From Armatimonadota bacterium (lineage in GTDB: Bacteria > Armatimonadota > SYMT01): DNA of 64,000 bases. Both the position numbers and the translations under genes were made by a program. How positions within the stretch are numbered: position 1 is the stretch's first letter; each line of letters begins with the position of its first letter. Positions 9,519 to 20,640 of the stretch are shown piece after piece. The notes beneath the pieces were generated by a model, which made no database searches, had not been told where the DNA came from, and saw only the letters and a program-made list of their open reading frames with translations. The DNA lies in contig JAWLHY010000001.1 of NCBI GenBank assembly GCA_041690135.1, forward strand, positions 1,440,001 through 1,504,000, written 5' to 3'.

Positions 9519-10847
9519 TCACGGTTCCACCACGCGCACGGAGTTCACATAATCCCCATCTTGCTCTGTGTCCGGATTGGCCGGATCGAGGATCCACTGC
9601 CCGTCGACAATAAACTTGTAGCTGATGCGTCCCGGCACGGTTTCCACAACCACCTGCCAGACGCCGCCCTTCCGCGTCAGCGGGTTGGCTTCCGCGTCCC
9701 AGTTGTTGAACGTGCCGGCAATCCGCACTTCCCGAGCGCCGGGATATCCCGAAAGCGAGAAAGCCACCTTCTTGAAACGGGTTGCCTGCCGCTCGACATC
9801 GCCGAGCACCCGCTTCAGGGCATTCTGCCAGCCTTCTTCCGTCGCTCCGGCAATCAACTGTTTCAGGACCGCCTGGTGCGCGGTGTGCAGCGCACGCGGC
9901 GCGGGGACGGGCACGTCCGGCGCCACTCCCACCCCTTCCCAGTTTGTTTTCGTGATGGGATTAATCGCCCGGCCCATCGGTACCCACACGCTGAAATGGT
10001 CGTTCGCCCGCTGGGTGCCGCCAGGGTTCGCTCCGCCGCCGGTGGTCTCACCGACTATCGTCGCCCGCTTCAGGTTCTTCAGGTCGTATGCGAGCTCTTC
10101 GGCACCGGAAAAAGTGCTCCGGCTGGTCAACAGGTAGATCGGTTTGTTCAGATATCGCTTGCCTGGAACGTGTGCCCACGTCCAGAGTTGTCGTGTCTTG
10201 TTGCCCGCCCGCCAGTAGAGATCGTTCAGGTGGGTGGGCTCGGCGAAGAAGTAGCTGCAGAGCATTGGGATGGCGTCCTGGGAGATACTCCCCCCGCAGC
10301 TGCGGAGATCAATGATCAGCGCATCGGTGTTGGCGAGGTAGCTCATCGCTGCGCTGTACGTGTCGCCTGCGAACTCCGGCGGCGCCAGATAGCGGAACTG
10401 AAGAAACCCGACGTTGCCCGGGAGGATGTCCAGCTTGCTCAACCCGAAGTTGTCCCGCGCCCTGGTGCGGCGGGCCTCTTCCCGCTGTTCCGGGGTCGGA
10501 CTGTGTGACGGGGACGGCTGCGGCGGCAGGACCGCGGAGGAGTAGGTCACGCGGATGTGCCGGTCCTTGCTGATGGCCCGCAGGTCTCGCGTGAGGACTG
10601 CGGCCAGTTCATCCCCAGTCGTGATGGAGTCGTAAAGTTTGCGGGCGGCGTGTTCGCGCACCGTCTGCGCCATCTTCTGCGCCACGTCGGGAAAGACGTA
10701 CCCGTCCGTCAACCGTCGGAGCACGGCTTCGATGGCGTCGGTTCTTGCTGCGGCGTCCAATTTCACCTCCGGCTGGGCGAGGACCGCCGATGCCGACAGG
10801 ACCATAGCGGATAACATGGCGATCATCCAGGTTGCTTTCTGCCTCAT
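9519..10847 (-). CDS. Secreted S41-family peptidase (IRBP-like) with C-terminal CBM48/AMPK glycogen-binding-like domain
   Basis: Signal peptide; DALIIDLRSCGG, TFSGAEE, GETTGGG and WEGVGVAPD. C-terminal VRIAGTFNNW...YKFIVDGQWILDPAN. Confidence 0.88.
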   Translation of the reverse strand: MRQKATWMIAMLSAMVLSASAVLAQPEVKLDAAARTDAIEAVLRRLTDGYVFPDVAQKMAQTVREHAARKLYDSITTGDELAAVLTRDLRAISKDRHIRVTYSSAVLPPQPSPSHSPTPEQREEARRTRARDNFGLSKLDILPGNVGFLQFRYLAPPEFAGDTYSAAMSYLANTDALIIDLRSCGGSISQDAIPMLCSYFFAEPTHLNDLYWRAGNKTRQLWTWAHVPGKRYLNKPIYLLTSRSTFSGAEELAYDLKNLKRATIVGETTGGGANPGGTQRANDHFSVWVPMGRAINPITKTNWEGVGVAPDVPVPAPRALHTAHQAVLKQLIAGATEEGWQNALKRVLGDVERQATRFKKVAFSLSGYPGAREVRIAGTFNNWDAEANPLTRKGGVWQVVVETVPGRISYKFIVDGQWILDPANPDTEQDGDYVNSVRVVEP

Positions 10848-10934
10848 TTCCTTCTCCTTGCGAGCTTTTGGTGCCGGTTGTGCGGATGGCTTCCGGCGTA
10901 CGTTTAGTGGGTGAACCGGTGAGAGCCCGGTCGA

Positions 10935-10963
10935 CGGTGGGCGGCTACGTACGCGCCCTACCG
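10935..10963. repeat. GTAG-type REP-like imperfect palindrome
   Basis: Minus strand reads CGGTAGGGCGCGTACGTAGCCGCCCACCG; shares the CCCTACCG end with the motifs near 763 and 823. Confidence 0.45.
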
Positions 10964-10970
10964 CATCCGG

Positions 10971-11516
10971 TCATGCGTCAAGTACATCCGGCAGGTCCGG
11001 AATCATCGCATGGGCGAAGACCACCCGGCGGCGGTTCGAATCCGTCCCAGCTTGCTGCCAGGGCTCCAGACACTCTAGCAGCCGCCGCATGAACTCGGGA
11101 TAGTCGTCCGGGCTCAGATAGAGCGGCGTCATGAGTGCGTGCACGGAATCACGGGTGGGATCGGCGTCGTCCATCTCCAGGTAAGCGCGATGGAGCCCAC
11201 CGAGCGCGTTCAAAAAGGTCGCGAAGTAGGTCAGGTGCTCTGCCGGCGTGGCGTCTTTCACTTCTGCCGGTGCGATCCGTGCCCGTTCCTTCTGCACTGC
11301 GTACACCTTGGTCGCGGTACCGTTCACGCGCACCTCGTCTACCGGTGCGATGATTCCTCCCTCCGCCAGGAGCCGGACATGCCGGTAGATTGACGATAGC
11401 GGTACGTCCGGCAGGAGTTGGCCTACCTGCAACGCCGTGAGTTGGCGCCCCAAGAGGGCCGTGAGGATCCTTGAACGGACCGGATGGGCGATCAGTTGGG
11501 TCTTTTCGATGGGCAT
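10971..11516 (-). CDS. ArsR-like (HTH_20) transcriptional regulator
   Basis: HPVRSRIL...[19 protein letters not shown] winged HTH. Confidence 0.85.
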   Translation of the reverse strand: MPIEKTQLIAHPVRSRILTALLGRQLTALQVGQLLPDVPLSSIYRHVRLLAEGGIIAPVDEVRVNGTATKVYAVQKERARIAPAEVKDATPAEHLTYFATFLNALGGLHRAYLEMDDADPTRDSVHALMTPLYLSPDDYPEFMRRLLECLEPWQQAGTDSNRRRVVFAHAMIPDLPDVLDA

Positions 11517-11542
11517 TGGCTGGACCGGTCCTCGGATACGTC

Positions 11543-11562
11543 TATCATTATTGATATTGATA
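11543..11562. promoter_or_regulatory. Putative operator of the HTH regulator
   Basis: AT-rich palindrome TATCA-TTAT-TGATA plus an extra TTGATA, about 27 bp upstream of the regulator start. Confidence 0.5.
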
Positions 11563-11747
11563 TACGAGCGCCGCCGGCTTTCGACAACCTCTCTTGAACA
11601 AAAGAATCATGGTTATTGGAAAGCGAACACCGCCCGTACGCTGATTGCGTCCAGCCCTTTTGACGCTTTGCAGCACCGACGTTAAGGTTCGGGATGAAGG
11701 TACATCCCTCGGAACACATCTGAAGCAGCGGCAACCTGGCAGTAGCT

Positions 11748-12728
11748 ATGATCCCCTTCTCCGTTCTTGATCTTTCTCCTATCGTTGCAGGTGGCGATGC
11801 CGCGCAGGCGCTGCGCAATACGTTGGATTTGGCCCGACACGCGGAAAGCTGGGGTTATCATCGGTACTGGCTGGCCGAGCACCACAATCTGTCAGGAGTG
11901 GCCAGCGCCGCGACTTCGGTTGTCATCGGCCAGGTAGCGGCGGCTACTTCGACTATGCGCGTGGGGGCGGGTGGGATTATGCTGCCGAACCACGCTCCTT
12001 TGATGGTGGCGGAGCAATTCGGCACGCTGGAGGCGCTGTTCCCGGGCCGCATCGACCTGGGCCTGGGGCGCGCGCCCGGTACCGATCCCTACACCACGCG
12101 CGCCCTCCGGCGGAACCTCGCCGCAGGTGCCGAAACCTTCCCGCAGGATGTGCTGGAGCTGATCTGCTACTTCCGCCCCGCGGAACCGGGGCAGGCGGTA
12201 GTGGCCGTGCCGGGCGCGGGGCTGCGCGTGCCGATCTGGATTCTGGGCTCCAGCCTGTTCGGGGCTCAACTAGCCGCGACTCTTGGCCTTCGCTACGCCT
12301 TCGCTTCCCACTTCGCCCCCGCCCAACTGTACGAGGCGATCGACCTCTACCGCAGCGAGTTCCGCGCTTCCGAGCAGCTCGAGAAGCCGTACGTGATGCT
12401 GGGCGTTAACGTCTTTGCGGCCGATACCGAAGCGGAAGCTCGCTATCACTTTAGTTCCTTGCAGCAAGCGTTCCTCAATCTACGCCACGGGCGGCCGGGT
12501 CCCCTACCGGCTCCCGTGGAAGGCTTTGATCGGCAGTTGGAGCCGTGGGAGCGGTCGACCCTCGCTAACGCGTTGGCCTGCTCCGTCGTCGGCACTCCGG
12601 AGATCGTCCGGCGCGGCCTCCAGGAGTTCATAGCGCGCACCGGCGCCGACGAGGTTATCGTAACAGCGCAGATGTTCGACCACGCGGCCCGTCTCCGCTC
12701 GTTTGAGATCACCGCGGAAGCGCGTTAA
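11748..12728 (+). CDS. LLM-class (luciferase-like) flavin-dependent oxidoreductase
   Basis: [37 protein letters not shown] and [11 protein letters not shown]. Confidence 0.93.
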   Translation: MIPFSVLDLSPIVAGGDAAQALRNTLDLARHAESWGYHRYWLAEHHNLSGVASAATSVVIGQVAAATSTMRVGAGGIMLPNHAPLMVAEQFGTLEALFPGRIDLGLGRAPGTDPYTTRALRRNLAAGAETFPQDVLELICYFRPAEPGQAVVAVPGAGLRVPIWILGSSLFGAQLAATLGLRYAFASHFAPAQLYEAIDLYRSEFRASEQLEKPYVMLGVNVFAADTEAEARYHFSSLQQAFLNLRHGRPGPLPAPVEGFDRQLEPWERSTLANALACSVVGTPEIVRRGLQEFIARTGADEVIVTAQMFDHAARLRSFEITAEAR

Positions 12729-12886
12729 GGATGGGATAGCGGATGCCACGTCGAAAGACAGCGTGAGAGGCACTCCCCTCGGGCGTTCCGGTGCGGGAGC
12801 TTACCGCAGAGGCTTAGCGCGGAGTGCTACTCGTGCAGCCGGTGACGATTCCCGGCCCAGAACAGCTTGTTAAGGATCCTCGCCAC

Positions 12887-14266
12887 ATGTGTCCCGGACG
12901 TTTGCCCGTCCTGCTATCGCTTGCCATTACCCTTCCCGCTCTGGCACTGCAGGCGGCCCCAAAAGTGGACCTCACCGTCGCTCCCTTGGCGGAGCTCCAG
13001 CGCCAGATGCCGGTTACTCTGCGCTCCACGCGACCGGACTACGTGGTATTCGTCCCGCAGGTGACCGATGCGGGGGTCAGTGATACCGGCAACGAGCATT
13101 TTTTGGTCTTCGACGGTCCGAACCGGTCGCTGATGGCTGTCTGGACGCAAAGCTCACACGAGGGCGAACCGGACCAGCACATCGTTTTCTCGCGCAGCGA
13201 GGATGAGGGAAAGTCATGGTCCAAACCCCGCGTCATCGCCGGGCCGGCACGGGCCGGACAGGAGCCGATCGCGAGTTGGGCGTTCCCCCTGGTCAGCAAG
13301 CGCGGGCGGATCTACGTGCTCTACAGCCGGCACGTCGGCAAGTTCGATACCTTCTTCCATACGACGGGGCGAATGGAAGGGATCTATAGCGACGATAACG
13401 GTCGCACCTGGTCCGCGCCGGAAACAGTGGCCATGCCGCGGACTCCGCGCGATAACCCGGACTCCTCATTTCCGGCGAATTGGATTTGCTGGCAGAAGCC
13501 GGCGCGACTAACGCGAGACGGCCGTTACCTGGCGGGCTTCACCCGGTGGACGAGCAAGGCGGTGAAGAAGAACCCGACGAAGTCCTGGATCTCGCACGAC
13601 TCGGTCACGGAGTTCATGCGGTTTGACAACGTGGACCAGCACCCGCGAGTGGGAGAGTTGCGGATCACCTGGTTGCCGGAGGGCGGCCGGCCGTTGACCG
13701 TCCCTTTCCCCGGCTACCCGGAAACGAGCGTATGCCAGGAGCCCGCGCTGGTGAAGCTGCCGGACCAACGCCTCTTTTGCGTCGTGCGAACCTCCGCAGG
13801 TAGTCCGTACTGGAGCGTGAGTGGGGATGATGGCAGGACCTGGAGCACTCCGGAGCCACTCCGACGGCGTGATGGGGGGGAACTGCTGAAGCAACCTCTC
13901 TCGCCCGCCCCGCTCTTCGATCTCGCCGGAGATGCTGCGGGGAGCGGACGTTATGCTCTGTTCCTTCACGGACACGATGGCCACTACCAGGGTTTCGGGC
14001 CCACCGATACGAGCTTCCACCGGCGGCCCATCCAACTCCTGCGCGGTCGCTTCCAGCCCCAGGCGAAGCAGCCCGTCTGGTTCGACGCTCCCGAGTTCTT
14101 CATGGACCACGACGGCGTTCCGCTGGGAGGCCCCGAGAAGAGGGGGCGCCTGGATCTGGCGCTCTATTCCAGTCTCACGTATCGCCAGGGGCAGGCCGTG
14201 CTCTGGTATCCGGACCGGAAGTTTTTCTTGCTTGGGAAGAAGATCTCCACCGCCGAGCCGCGATAG
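12887..14266 (+). CDS. Secreted BNR/Asp-box sialidase-like protein
   Basis: Signal peptide; Asp boxes SEDEGKSWS, SDDNGRTWS and SGDDGRTWS; QEPALVKL. Confidence 0.82.
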   Translation: MCPGRLPVLLSLAITLPALALQAAPKVDLTVAPLAELQRQMPVTLRSTRPDYVVFVPQVTDAGVSDTGNEHFLVFDGPNRSLMAVWTQSSHEGEPDQHIVFSRSEDEGKSWSKPRVIAGPARAGQEPIASWAFPLVSKRGRIYVLYSRHVGKFDTFFHTTGRMEGIYSDDNGRTWSAPETVAMPRTPRDNPDSSFPANWICWQKPARLTRDGRYLAGFTRWTSKAVKKNPTKSWISHDSVTEFMRFDNVDQHPRVGELRITWLPEGGRPLTVPFPGYPETSVCQEPALVKLPDQRLFCVVRTSAGSPYWSVSGDDGRTWSTPEPLRRRDGGELLKQPLSPAPLFDLAGDAAGSGRYALFLHGHDGHYQGFGPTDTSFHRRPIQLLRGRFQPQAKQPVWFDAPEFFMDHDGVPLGGPEKRGRLDLALYSSLTYRQGQAVLWYPDRKFFLLGKKISTAEPR

Positions 14267-14271
14267 GCGGG

Positions 14272-14315
14272 CCGCACCAGGGTGGATCCGGATCCCCGCT
14301 TCCACCCTGGTGCGG
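14272..14315. terminator. 15-bp stem-loop between convergent genes
   Basis: CCGCACCAGGGTGGA ... TCCACCCTGGTGCGG just after the sialidase-like stop codon. Confidence 0.6.
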
Positions 14316-14440
14316 TGACCCGGATCCACTTCCGTTAACGAAGGAGGACCGAACCCGCATCGATCCGCATTCGGAACTCCACCAGCACCAGTAGGCTCCA
14401 GGTTCTCATTGTCTTCCTCCGCGCACGCGAAATCTTCGAC

Positions 14441-15421
<981 letters not shown>

Positions 15422-15563
15422 AAGACTCCTTGCGTCCGCCTGCAGCTTTTTGCCGCTGGTAAGTCCAGGTGGGAGCATCGCAGAGAGTGTACCGCGCTGG
15501 TTCGCCGTCTACACGCGCAGAGCAGAAGAACGGTGATCCAGCCGCGAAAGGAAGAGCCAGAGC

Positions 15564-16283
15564 ATGCCGGAGACGGAAATATCCACGCCCACCCCCGCCG
15601 TACAGGGAACGCTGCTGACCTACGCTGTCCTTACCGGGCTCACTCCCCTGATTCCCATTCCGTTCGTGGATGATCTCGCGAAGGACTTCTTCCGGCGGCG
15701 ACTGGTGCGCACCCTGGCTGCCTCTCGCGGGATTACCCTGGGCCCGGGCGTGGTTGAGAACGTGACGAGTGAACCCTCCGGGTGCCTGATGACCGGCTGT
15801 CTGACCCAGGTGGTCCTCTATCCGCTCAAGAAGATCTTCCGCAAGGTCTTCTATTTTCTGGAGTGGAAGCGGGCACTCGACCTGACGAGCCAGACCTATC
15901 ATTTCGGCTTTCTCGTGGACTGCGCACTGCGCGACGGGTTTCTGGGAGCGGCTGGAGGGGCCTCTCCAGAGGGGGTGCGGGAAGCGATCGCGGGCGTGTG
16001 CCGGGAAGCTCCGATCCGACCCGTGGAGAGCGCCGTTGCCGGCACCTTCCGGCAGTCACGCGCGGCGATTCAGGCGACTGTGAGCTCCTTCGAGCGTCTC
16101 TTCCGGCAGGTTGCCGGGAGACCCGGACCGGCGCAGGTGGAAGAGACGCTAGGGCCGGCGGAGGAGCAGGAAAAACGGCAGGTGGCGGGAGTCGTGGAGA
16201 GCCTCCGGAGCCGGATGCAGGCGGTTCCGGATTCTCACTATCGCACTCTCCGCGAGCAGCTTCGAGCCCGGCTCCAGGGATAA
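15564..16283 (+). CDS. Hypothetical protein (possibly DUF697-like)
   Basis: RBS-like AAGGA upstream; GLTPLIPIPFVDD motif; coding-like composition. Confidence 0.65.
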   Translation: MPETEISTPTPAVQGTLLTYAVLTGLTPLIPIPFVDDLAKDFFRRRLVRTLAASRGITLGPGVVENVTSEPSGCLMTGCLTQVVLYPLKKIFRKVFYFLEWKRALDLTSQTYHFGFLVDCALRDGFLGAAGGASPEGVREAIAGVCREAPIRPVESAVAGTFRQSRAAIQATVSSFERLFRQVAGRPGPAQVEETLGPAEEQEKRQVAGVVESLRSRMQAVPDSHYRTLREQLRARLQG

Positions 16284-16363
16284 CCCCAGGGGGTGAGAGC
16301 TCCCATCGGGGTTTGATCCCTGTCCGCTCCTGCTACTACTGAGCAGGAGTGGGAGACGGAGCA

Positions 16364-16789
16364 ATGGATGGTCGGCAGTTGGTGGGAGAAGCGATTCTGG
16401 ATTGGGTAGTGCTGTATGCCAGTCTTTTCGCGGAGGCGGTGGCTGTCGTCATCATTGCCTATGCCGTGGCGCTCGCCACCTGGCACATCATACGGACTAC
16501 CTTCAACCAGCAAGACGATCCCCATCCCTGGCTCACCATCCGCCTCGACCTGGCCCGGAGCCTGGGCCTGGCGCTGGAATTCTTGCTGGCGGCCGATATC
16601 CTGCGTACCGCCGTGGCTCCTACCTGGGAAGAGCTCGGCAAGCTGGCCGCCATCGCCATTATTCGGACCGGCCTGAATTTCTTCCTGAACCGCGAAATGA
16701 GTCACGAGGAGCAGCGCGCCCGGGAAGATCGAGACCGGCGGGAGCGCAGTAATATGCCGACCTCCGAGCGCCATCGCCAGGCCGCCTGA
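16364..16789 (+). CDS. DUF1622 membrane protein
   Basis: LGLALEFLLAADILRTAVAPTWEELGKLAAIAIIRTGLNFFL signature. Confidence 0.88.
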   Translation: MDGRQLVGEAILDWVVLYASLFAEAVAVVIIAYAVALATWHIIRTTFNQQDDPHPWLTIRLDLARSLGLALEFLLAADILRTAVAPTWEELGKLAAIAIIRTGLNFFLNREMSHEEQRAREDRDRRERSNMPTSERHRQAA

Positions 16790-16793
16790 TCTC

Positions 16794-17480
16794 CTACTGC
16801 GGGCGCAGAATCCCTACCGGAGTCTGCTCGGCCCCTTGCCCGAGGGGGTTGTCTTTGAGGGCCAGGCGCACCTCTTCCGGGTTCACCCCGCGCGAATGGC
16901 CCAGGACCGCGCTGTCGATGTCGTTCACATCCACCACGGCGGCCTTGCATCCCAGCGCGTCCGCTATCGACTGTGCCACCCGGTCCGGGTCCTTGGGGCC
17001 CTTGATGACGCAATTGCGGAACTGCTCGATCCCCGCGGTACCGGGAGCATCTATGGCGGCTGCCTGCACACCGGCGATCCGGTAGAAGTCGCCCCTGCGG
17101 CCCAGTAGTTTGCCGACGGCGCCGGCGGCGGCGGCAAGCAGGATTCGTCCCGCTCCGCATTCATCGATGGCGCACTGCATGCTGTACGGGTTCCGAAGGC
17201 CGATACCGTAGGGGACCTGGCGCACGAAGGGCCACAGGCGGTTCGCCAACCAACTCACGCGGATCTGGTCGGTGGGTACGGCTCGCCCCTGGGTGATTGC
17301 GACGATCTTCTCGCTGACGAAGACCGTATCCTCCGGTTGTACCTGCTCGCCCGCGTACCGGCGAACCACCTCCACGATGTCATCTTCCGGCTGGATGATG
17401 TGCGTCCGGATCGGGATTCGCAGGTAAGAACGACCCTCAACGGAAATGGTGGGAGATTTTTCCTTGGTTGCCATCGACAC
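16794..17480 (-). CDS. CofE-like (F420-0:gamma-glutamyl ligase domain) protein
   Basis: IPIRTHII..DD, VSEKIVAITQGR, VVDVND and DNPLGQ..EQTP. The start may be 17474. Confidence 0.8.
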   Translation of the reverse strand: MSMATKEKSPTISVEGRSYLRIPIRTHIIQPEDDIVEVVRRYAGEQVQPEDTVFVSEKIVAITQGRAVPTDQIRVSWLANRLWPFVRQVPYGIGLRNPYSMQCAIDECGAGRILLAAAAGAVGKLLGRRGDFYRIAGVQAAAIDAPGTAGIEQFRNCVIKGPKDPDRVAQSIADALGCKAAVVDVNDIDSAVLGHSRGVNPEEVRLALKDNPLGQGAEQTPVGILRPQ

Positions 17481-17483
17481 TCT

Positions 17484-18689
17484 CTAACTGCTGCCGCGTC
17501 GCCCGCGCGAAGATTGCCCGCCCGATCCGCGCCGTCCCTGCTCGTTCTCACGTGGCGGCCTGCCGCTGGGACGATTGCCGCCCGGGCCGGACGGCCGGGT
17601 GCCACGATCGGTATTGCGCGGCCCGGGTCCGCTTGCACCCCGCCCGCCCCGATCGTCGCGACGGGTGGGAGTCCCTCTTCCGGTCTGGTCGTTCCGCGTG
17701 CCGTAAGAAGCACCGCGTCCGCCTCCCTGGCCATCTCTTTGGGTTCCCCGTCCCGCGCCCGGGCGAGATCCCGGCCGCGGGCCTCCTCCCTGATCCCGGT
17801 TCTGATCTCGGTCCCGATCCCGTTCGTTACCGCGTCCCGGTCCGGCGTCCCGGCTCTGGCGTCCGACGGACGTCTGCCGGTGGTCCGGGCGCTTCCGGGG
17901 TCGCGGCGTTGGGGCAGGTTCCGTCTCCGGTGCATTCATGGCGGCAAAGATCGCGTCCACCTCTCCCTGCATCAGGAACCGCCACTGCCCCAGCTTGAGG
18001 CGGTCCAGCTTCACCGGCCCAACGGCGACCCGTTTGAGGCGGTCGACGGGATGACCCACGGCCTGCAGCATGCGGCGGACCTGCTGCTGGCGACCCTCCC
18101 GCAGCTCGACCTCCAGGGTGGCGACTCCACGGGTGCGGTCAGCGCGTTTGATGGTGACCCGCGCCGGAAGGGTGCGCTGCCCGAAGAGGGGTACACCCGA
18201 TCGGAGCTTGTCGAGCGCATCCTGGTCGGGAATGCCGCGCACGTCCGCGACGTAGAGCTTCGTGATGCGATGGCTGGGATGAGTCACCGCGTTGGTGAAA
18301 GCTCCATCGTTGGTGAGCAGCAAGAGCCCTTCGCTCTGGGCGTCGAGGCGTCCCACCGGGTGCAGCGCATCGACCGCGGGGCTGTTCTTCCCGAACCGGG
18401 CCTCTAATGGAGGCCGGATCAGGTCCATTACCGTGTGCGTGGCGTGCGGGTCCTTACGCGTAGTGACGTAGCCCCGCGGCTTGTGAAGGGCGATGTAGAT
18501 CGGTTCGACCCGGGTCGAGATCGGCCGACCTTCCACCATGATGTGGTCGCGCTCGGGATCCACCTGGGTCCCGAGCTCTTTCACGACCTGTCCGTTAACT
18601 GTGACTTTCCCGCTCGCGATCAGGCTCTCCGCTTCCCGACGGGACGCGACGCCGGCGGCGGAGAGAACCTTTTGTAAACGCTCTTGCAT
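17484..18689 (-). CDS. rluB: 23S rRNA pseudouridine synthase (RluB/RsuA family) with Arg/Gly-rich C-terminal tail
   Basis: S4 domain ERLQKVLSAAGVASRR; HKPRGY; catalytic PVGRLD; LLLTNDG; EGRQQQVRRM. Confidence 0.9.
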   Translation of the reverse strand: MQERLQKVLSAAGVASRREAESLIASGKVTVNGQVVKELGTQVDPERDHIMVEGRPISTRVEPIYIALHKPRGYVTTRKDPHATHTVMDLIRPPLEARFGKNSPAVDALHPVGRLDAQSEGLLLLTNDGAFTNAVTHPSHRITKLYVADVRGIPDQDALDKLRSGVPLFGQRTLPARVTIKRADRTRGVATLEVELREGRQQQVRRMLQAVGHPVDRLKRVAVGPVKLDRLKLGQWRFLMQGEVDAIFAAMNAPETEPAPTPRPRKRPDHRQTSVGRQSRDAGPGRGNERDRDRDQNRDQGGGPRPGSRPGAGRGTQRDGQGGGRGASYGTRNDQTGRGTPTRRDDRGGRGASGPGPRNTDRGTRPSGPGGNRPSGRPPRENEQGRRGSGGQSSRGRRGSS

Positions 18690-19926
18690 AGCGTGGTCCC
18701 AAAGTAAGGGCGGCCAGGAACATGGACAGCCCGGTCCACGGAACCAGCGCGAGAGTCTTGGCCTGATCGACGGCGCGGTCCGCCACCAAGTCTACCTCTC
18801 CCAGCGGTTGTCCGTCCACCACGGCGATTGCCCGTCCCACAACCTGCGACTGTCCTACCGGGGCCGGAAGGTCCTTGAGGAGCCTCACTTCCCGTTCCAG
18901 TTTCTTCCCATACTGGCGCGGAACAATCACCTGCAGATCATCCTGGGCGATGGCGGTGACGCTGGGGGCCGCTCCGTCCGCCACCGTGGTGACTCCCAGC
19001 GGCTGGTTTTTCTCCGCGAGGAAGATCGGCTGGAAATTCTTTCGACCCCAGTCCATCATCCGCGCCGTGTCTCCGTAGGTGTCGGAGCTGTTCAGGACGA
19101 CGGCCAGCAGCCGCCACGGCCGCCCCTGGTCCAGGCGGGTTGAGGAGGCCACCAGGCATTTCCCGGACTGCCGGACATAACCCGTCTTCACCCCGTCCGC
19201 GCCTTCGTAGCGGGTCAGGAGCTTGTTGTGGTTGCGGATCAGCCGATCTTTGGGGTTGAGGCTCCGCTCAATGATCTTTTCCTTGGTGGACACCGCCTCG
19301 TTGAAAAGCGGGTACTGGAAAGCGTGGCGCGCCATCAGCGCCAGATCGAAGGCGGTGCTGTAATGGTTCTTGTGGTACAGGCCGTTGGTGGTGACGAAGT
19401 TGGTATCGTTAGCGCCCAGCGTACGCGCGCGTGCCGTCATCTGCTGGGAAAACTTCCAGGCAGCTCCCGCCAGGTGCTCGCCCACCGCCACGCAGCTATC
19501 ATTGGAGCTGCGCAGCATCACTGCGTAGAGCAGGTCCCGCATCTTGAACTTTTCGCCGGGCTTGGCGTTCAGGTTCGCGTAGGGGGTAGCGCGAGCGTGC
19601 TGGCTGAAGGTGACCGTCTCGTCGAGGCGACCGCTCTCGATCATGAGGGTAGCCGTCATGATCTTGGTGGTCGAAGCCATGGGGCGGCGGGTCCGGCTGT
19701 TTTTCTCCCACAGCACCGTTCCCGTGGCGGCATCCACCAGGATGGCGGAAGCGGCGGTGCACTCCGGATCGGAAAGCGCCGGCAGCGCGGGTAACTTGCC
19801 CGCTGCCCCTGGAGGCGGGAGCACCGAGGGCGTGCCCGGCATGGCCGGCATCGGCTCCTGTGCCTGGCTCGCCGGCGGAAGCATGCCTACCCCCGCCAGT
19901 CCGGCGGAGAGAATGACGAGACTCAC
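18595..19926 (-). CDS. D-alanyl-D-alanine carboxypeptidase (S11)
   Basis: ASTTK (SxxK), SSND (SxN) and GVKTGY (KTG); PBP5_C-like domain; C-terminal anchor. Start uncertain: GTG at 19926, but the frame is open to 20040. Confidence 0.9.
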   Translation of the reverse strand: MSLVILSAGLAGVGMLPPASQAQEPMPAMPGTPSVLPPPGAAGKLPALPALSDPECTAASAILVDAATGTVLWEKNSRTRRPMASTTKIMTATLMIESGRLDETVTFSQHARATPYANLNAKPGEKFKMRDLLYAVMLRSSNDSCVAVGEHLAGAAWKFSQQMTARARTLGANDTNFVTTNGLYHKNHYSTAFDLALMARHAFQYPLFNEAVSTKEKIIERSLNPKDRLIRNHNKLLTRYEGADGVKTGYVRQSGKCLVASSTRLDQGRPWRLLAVVLNSSDTYGDTARMMDWGRKNFQPIFLAEKNQPLGVTTVADGAAPSVTAIAQDDLQVIVPRQYGKKLEREVRLLKDLPAPVGQSQVVGRAIAVVDGQPLGEVDLVADRAVDQAKTLALVPWTGLSMFLAALTLGPRYARAFTKGSLRRRRRVPSGSGEPDRERESHS

Positions 19927-19999
19927 CGTACCGCAACGGCCGAGATGGCCGTTAGTCGCTGACGATCCCTTTGAACGACTGCAGAACCTGCGGAGCGAC

Positions 20000-20554
20000 T
20001 CAAACCAGCAGGTCACGTTTGTCGGGCATTGCCGCGCCAAGACTATCCTCCAGTTTCGGTAACTCGGAGAGATCCGCGAGGCCGAAGTGCTTGAGGAAGT
20101 ACTCCGTGGTCCGGTAGAGGATGGGCCGCCCCGGCGCGTCCTTCCGGCCTGCTTCGCGTATCAGTTCTCGCTCTAACAGGGTCTTGATGACCCCGTCGCT
20201 CTTCACGCCCCGCAAGGCGTCGATTTCCGGAACGGTGATGGGTTGCTCGTAGGCGACGATCGCCAGAGTCTCCAGCGCCTGCCGGGAAAGTCGCTGTGCG
20301 GCAGGCCGGAGAAAGGCCGAAACCACCGCAGCGAACTCGGGCCGGGTGCGCAACTGGTAGCCGCCCGCCACTCGGATGACGTGCAGTCCCCCGCCGTTCG
20401 TGTAGTGTAGCCGAAAGTCTTCGAGTGCGCGAGTCGCGGTCTCCTCGTCGAGGTCCAAAACCTCCCCTAACCGGCGGGGTGTCACCGGTTCGGGCGCCAC
20501 GAAAAGCAGGCACTCCAGCACTGAATGAAGCTGCCGCAGAGCTTCCTGGTCCAT
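20000..20554 (-). CDS. scpB: SMC-Scp complex subunit ScpB
   Basis: LECLLFVA, VAGGYQLRT, LETLAIVAYEQP, RGV and PGRPILYRTT..FLKHFGL. Confidence 0.95.
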   Translation of the reverse strand: MDQEALRQLHSVLECLLFVAPEPVTPRRLGEVLDLDEETATRALEDFRLHYTNGGGLHVIRVAGGYQLRTRPEFAAVVSAFLRPAAQRLSRQALETLAIVAYEQPITVPEIDALRGVKSDGVIKTLLERELIREAGRKDAPGRPILYRTTEYFLKHFGLADLSELPKLEDSLGAAMPDKRDLLV

Positions 20555-20640
20555 GTTCACCCGCTGCTGCCGCGGCTGGGGCCGCGGTGTTCCACATCCA
20601 TTTCTTAGTTCGGCTGCTTGAACGGAGTTCCCGACTCGGG

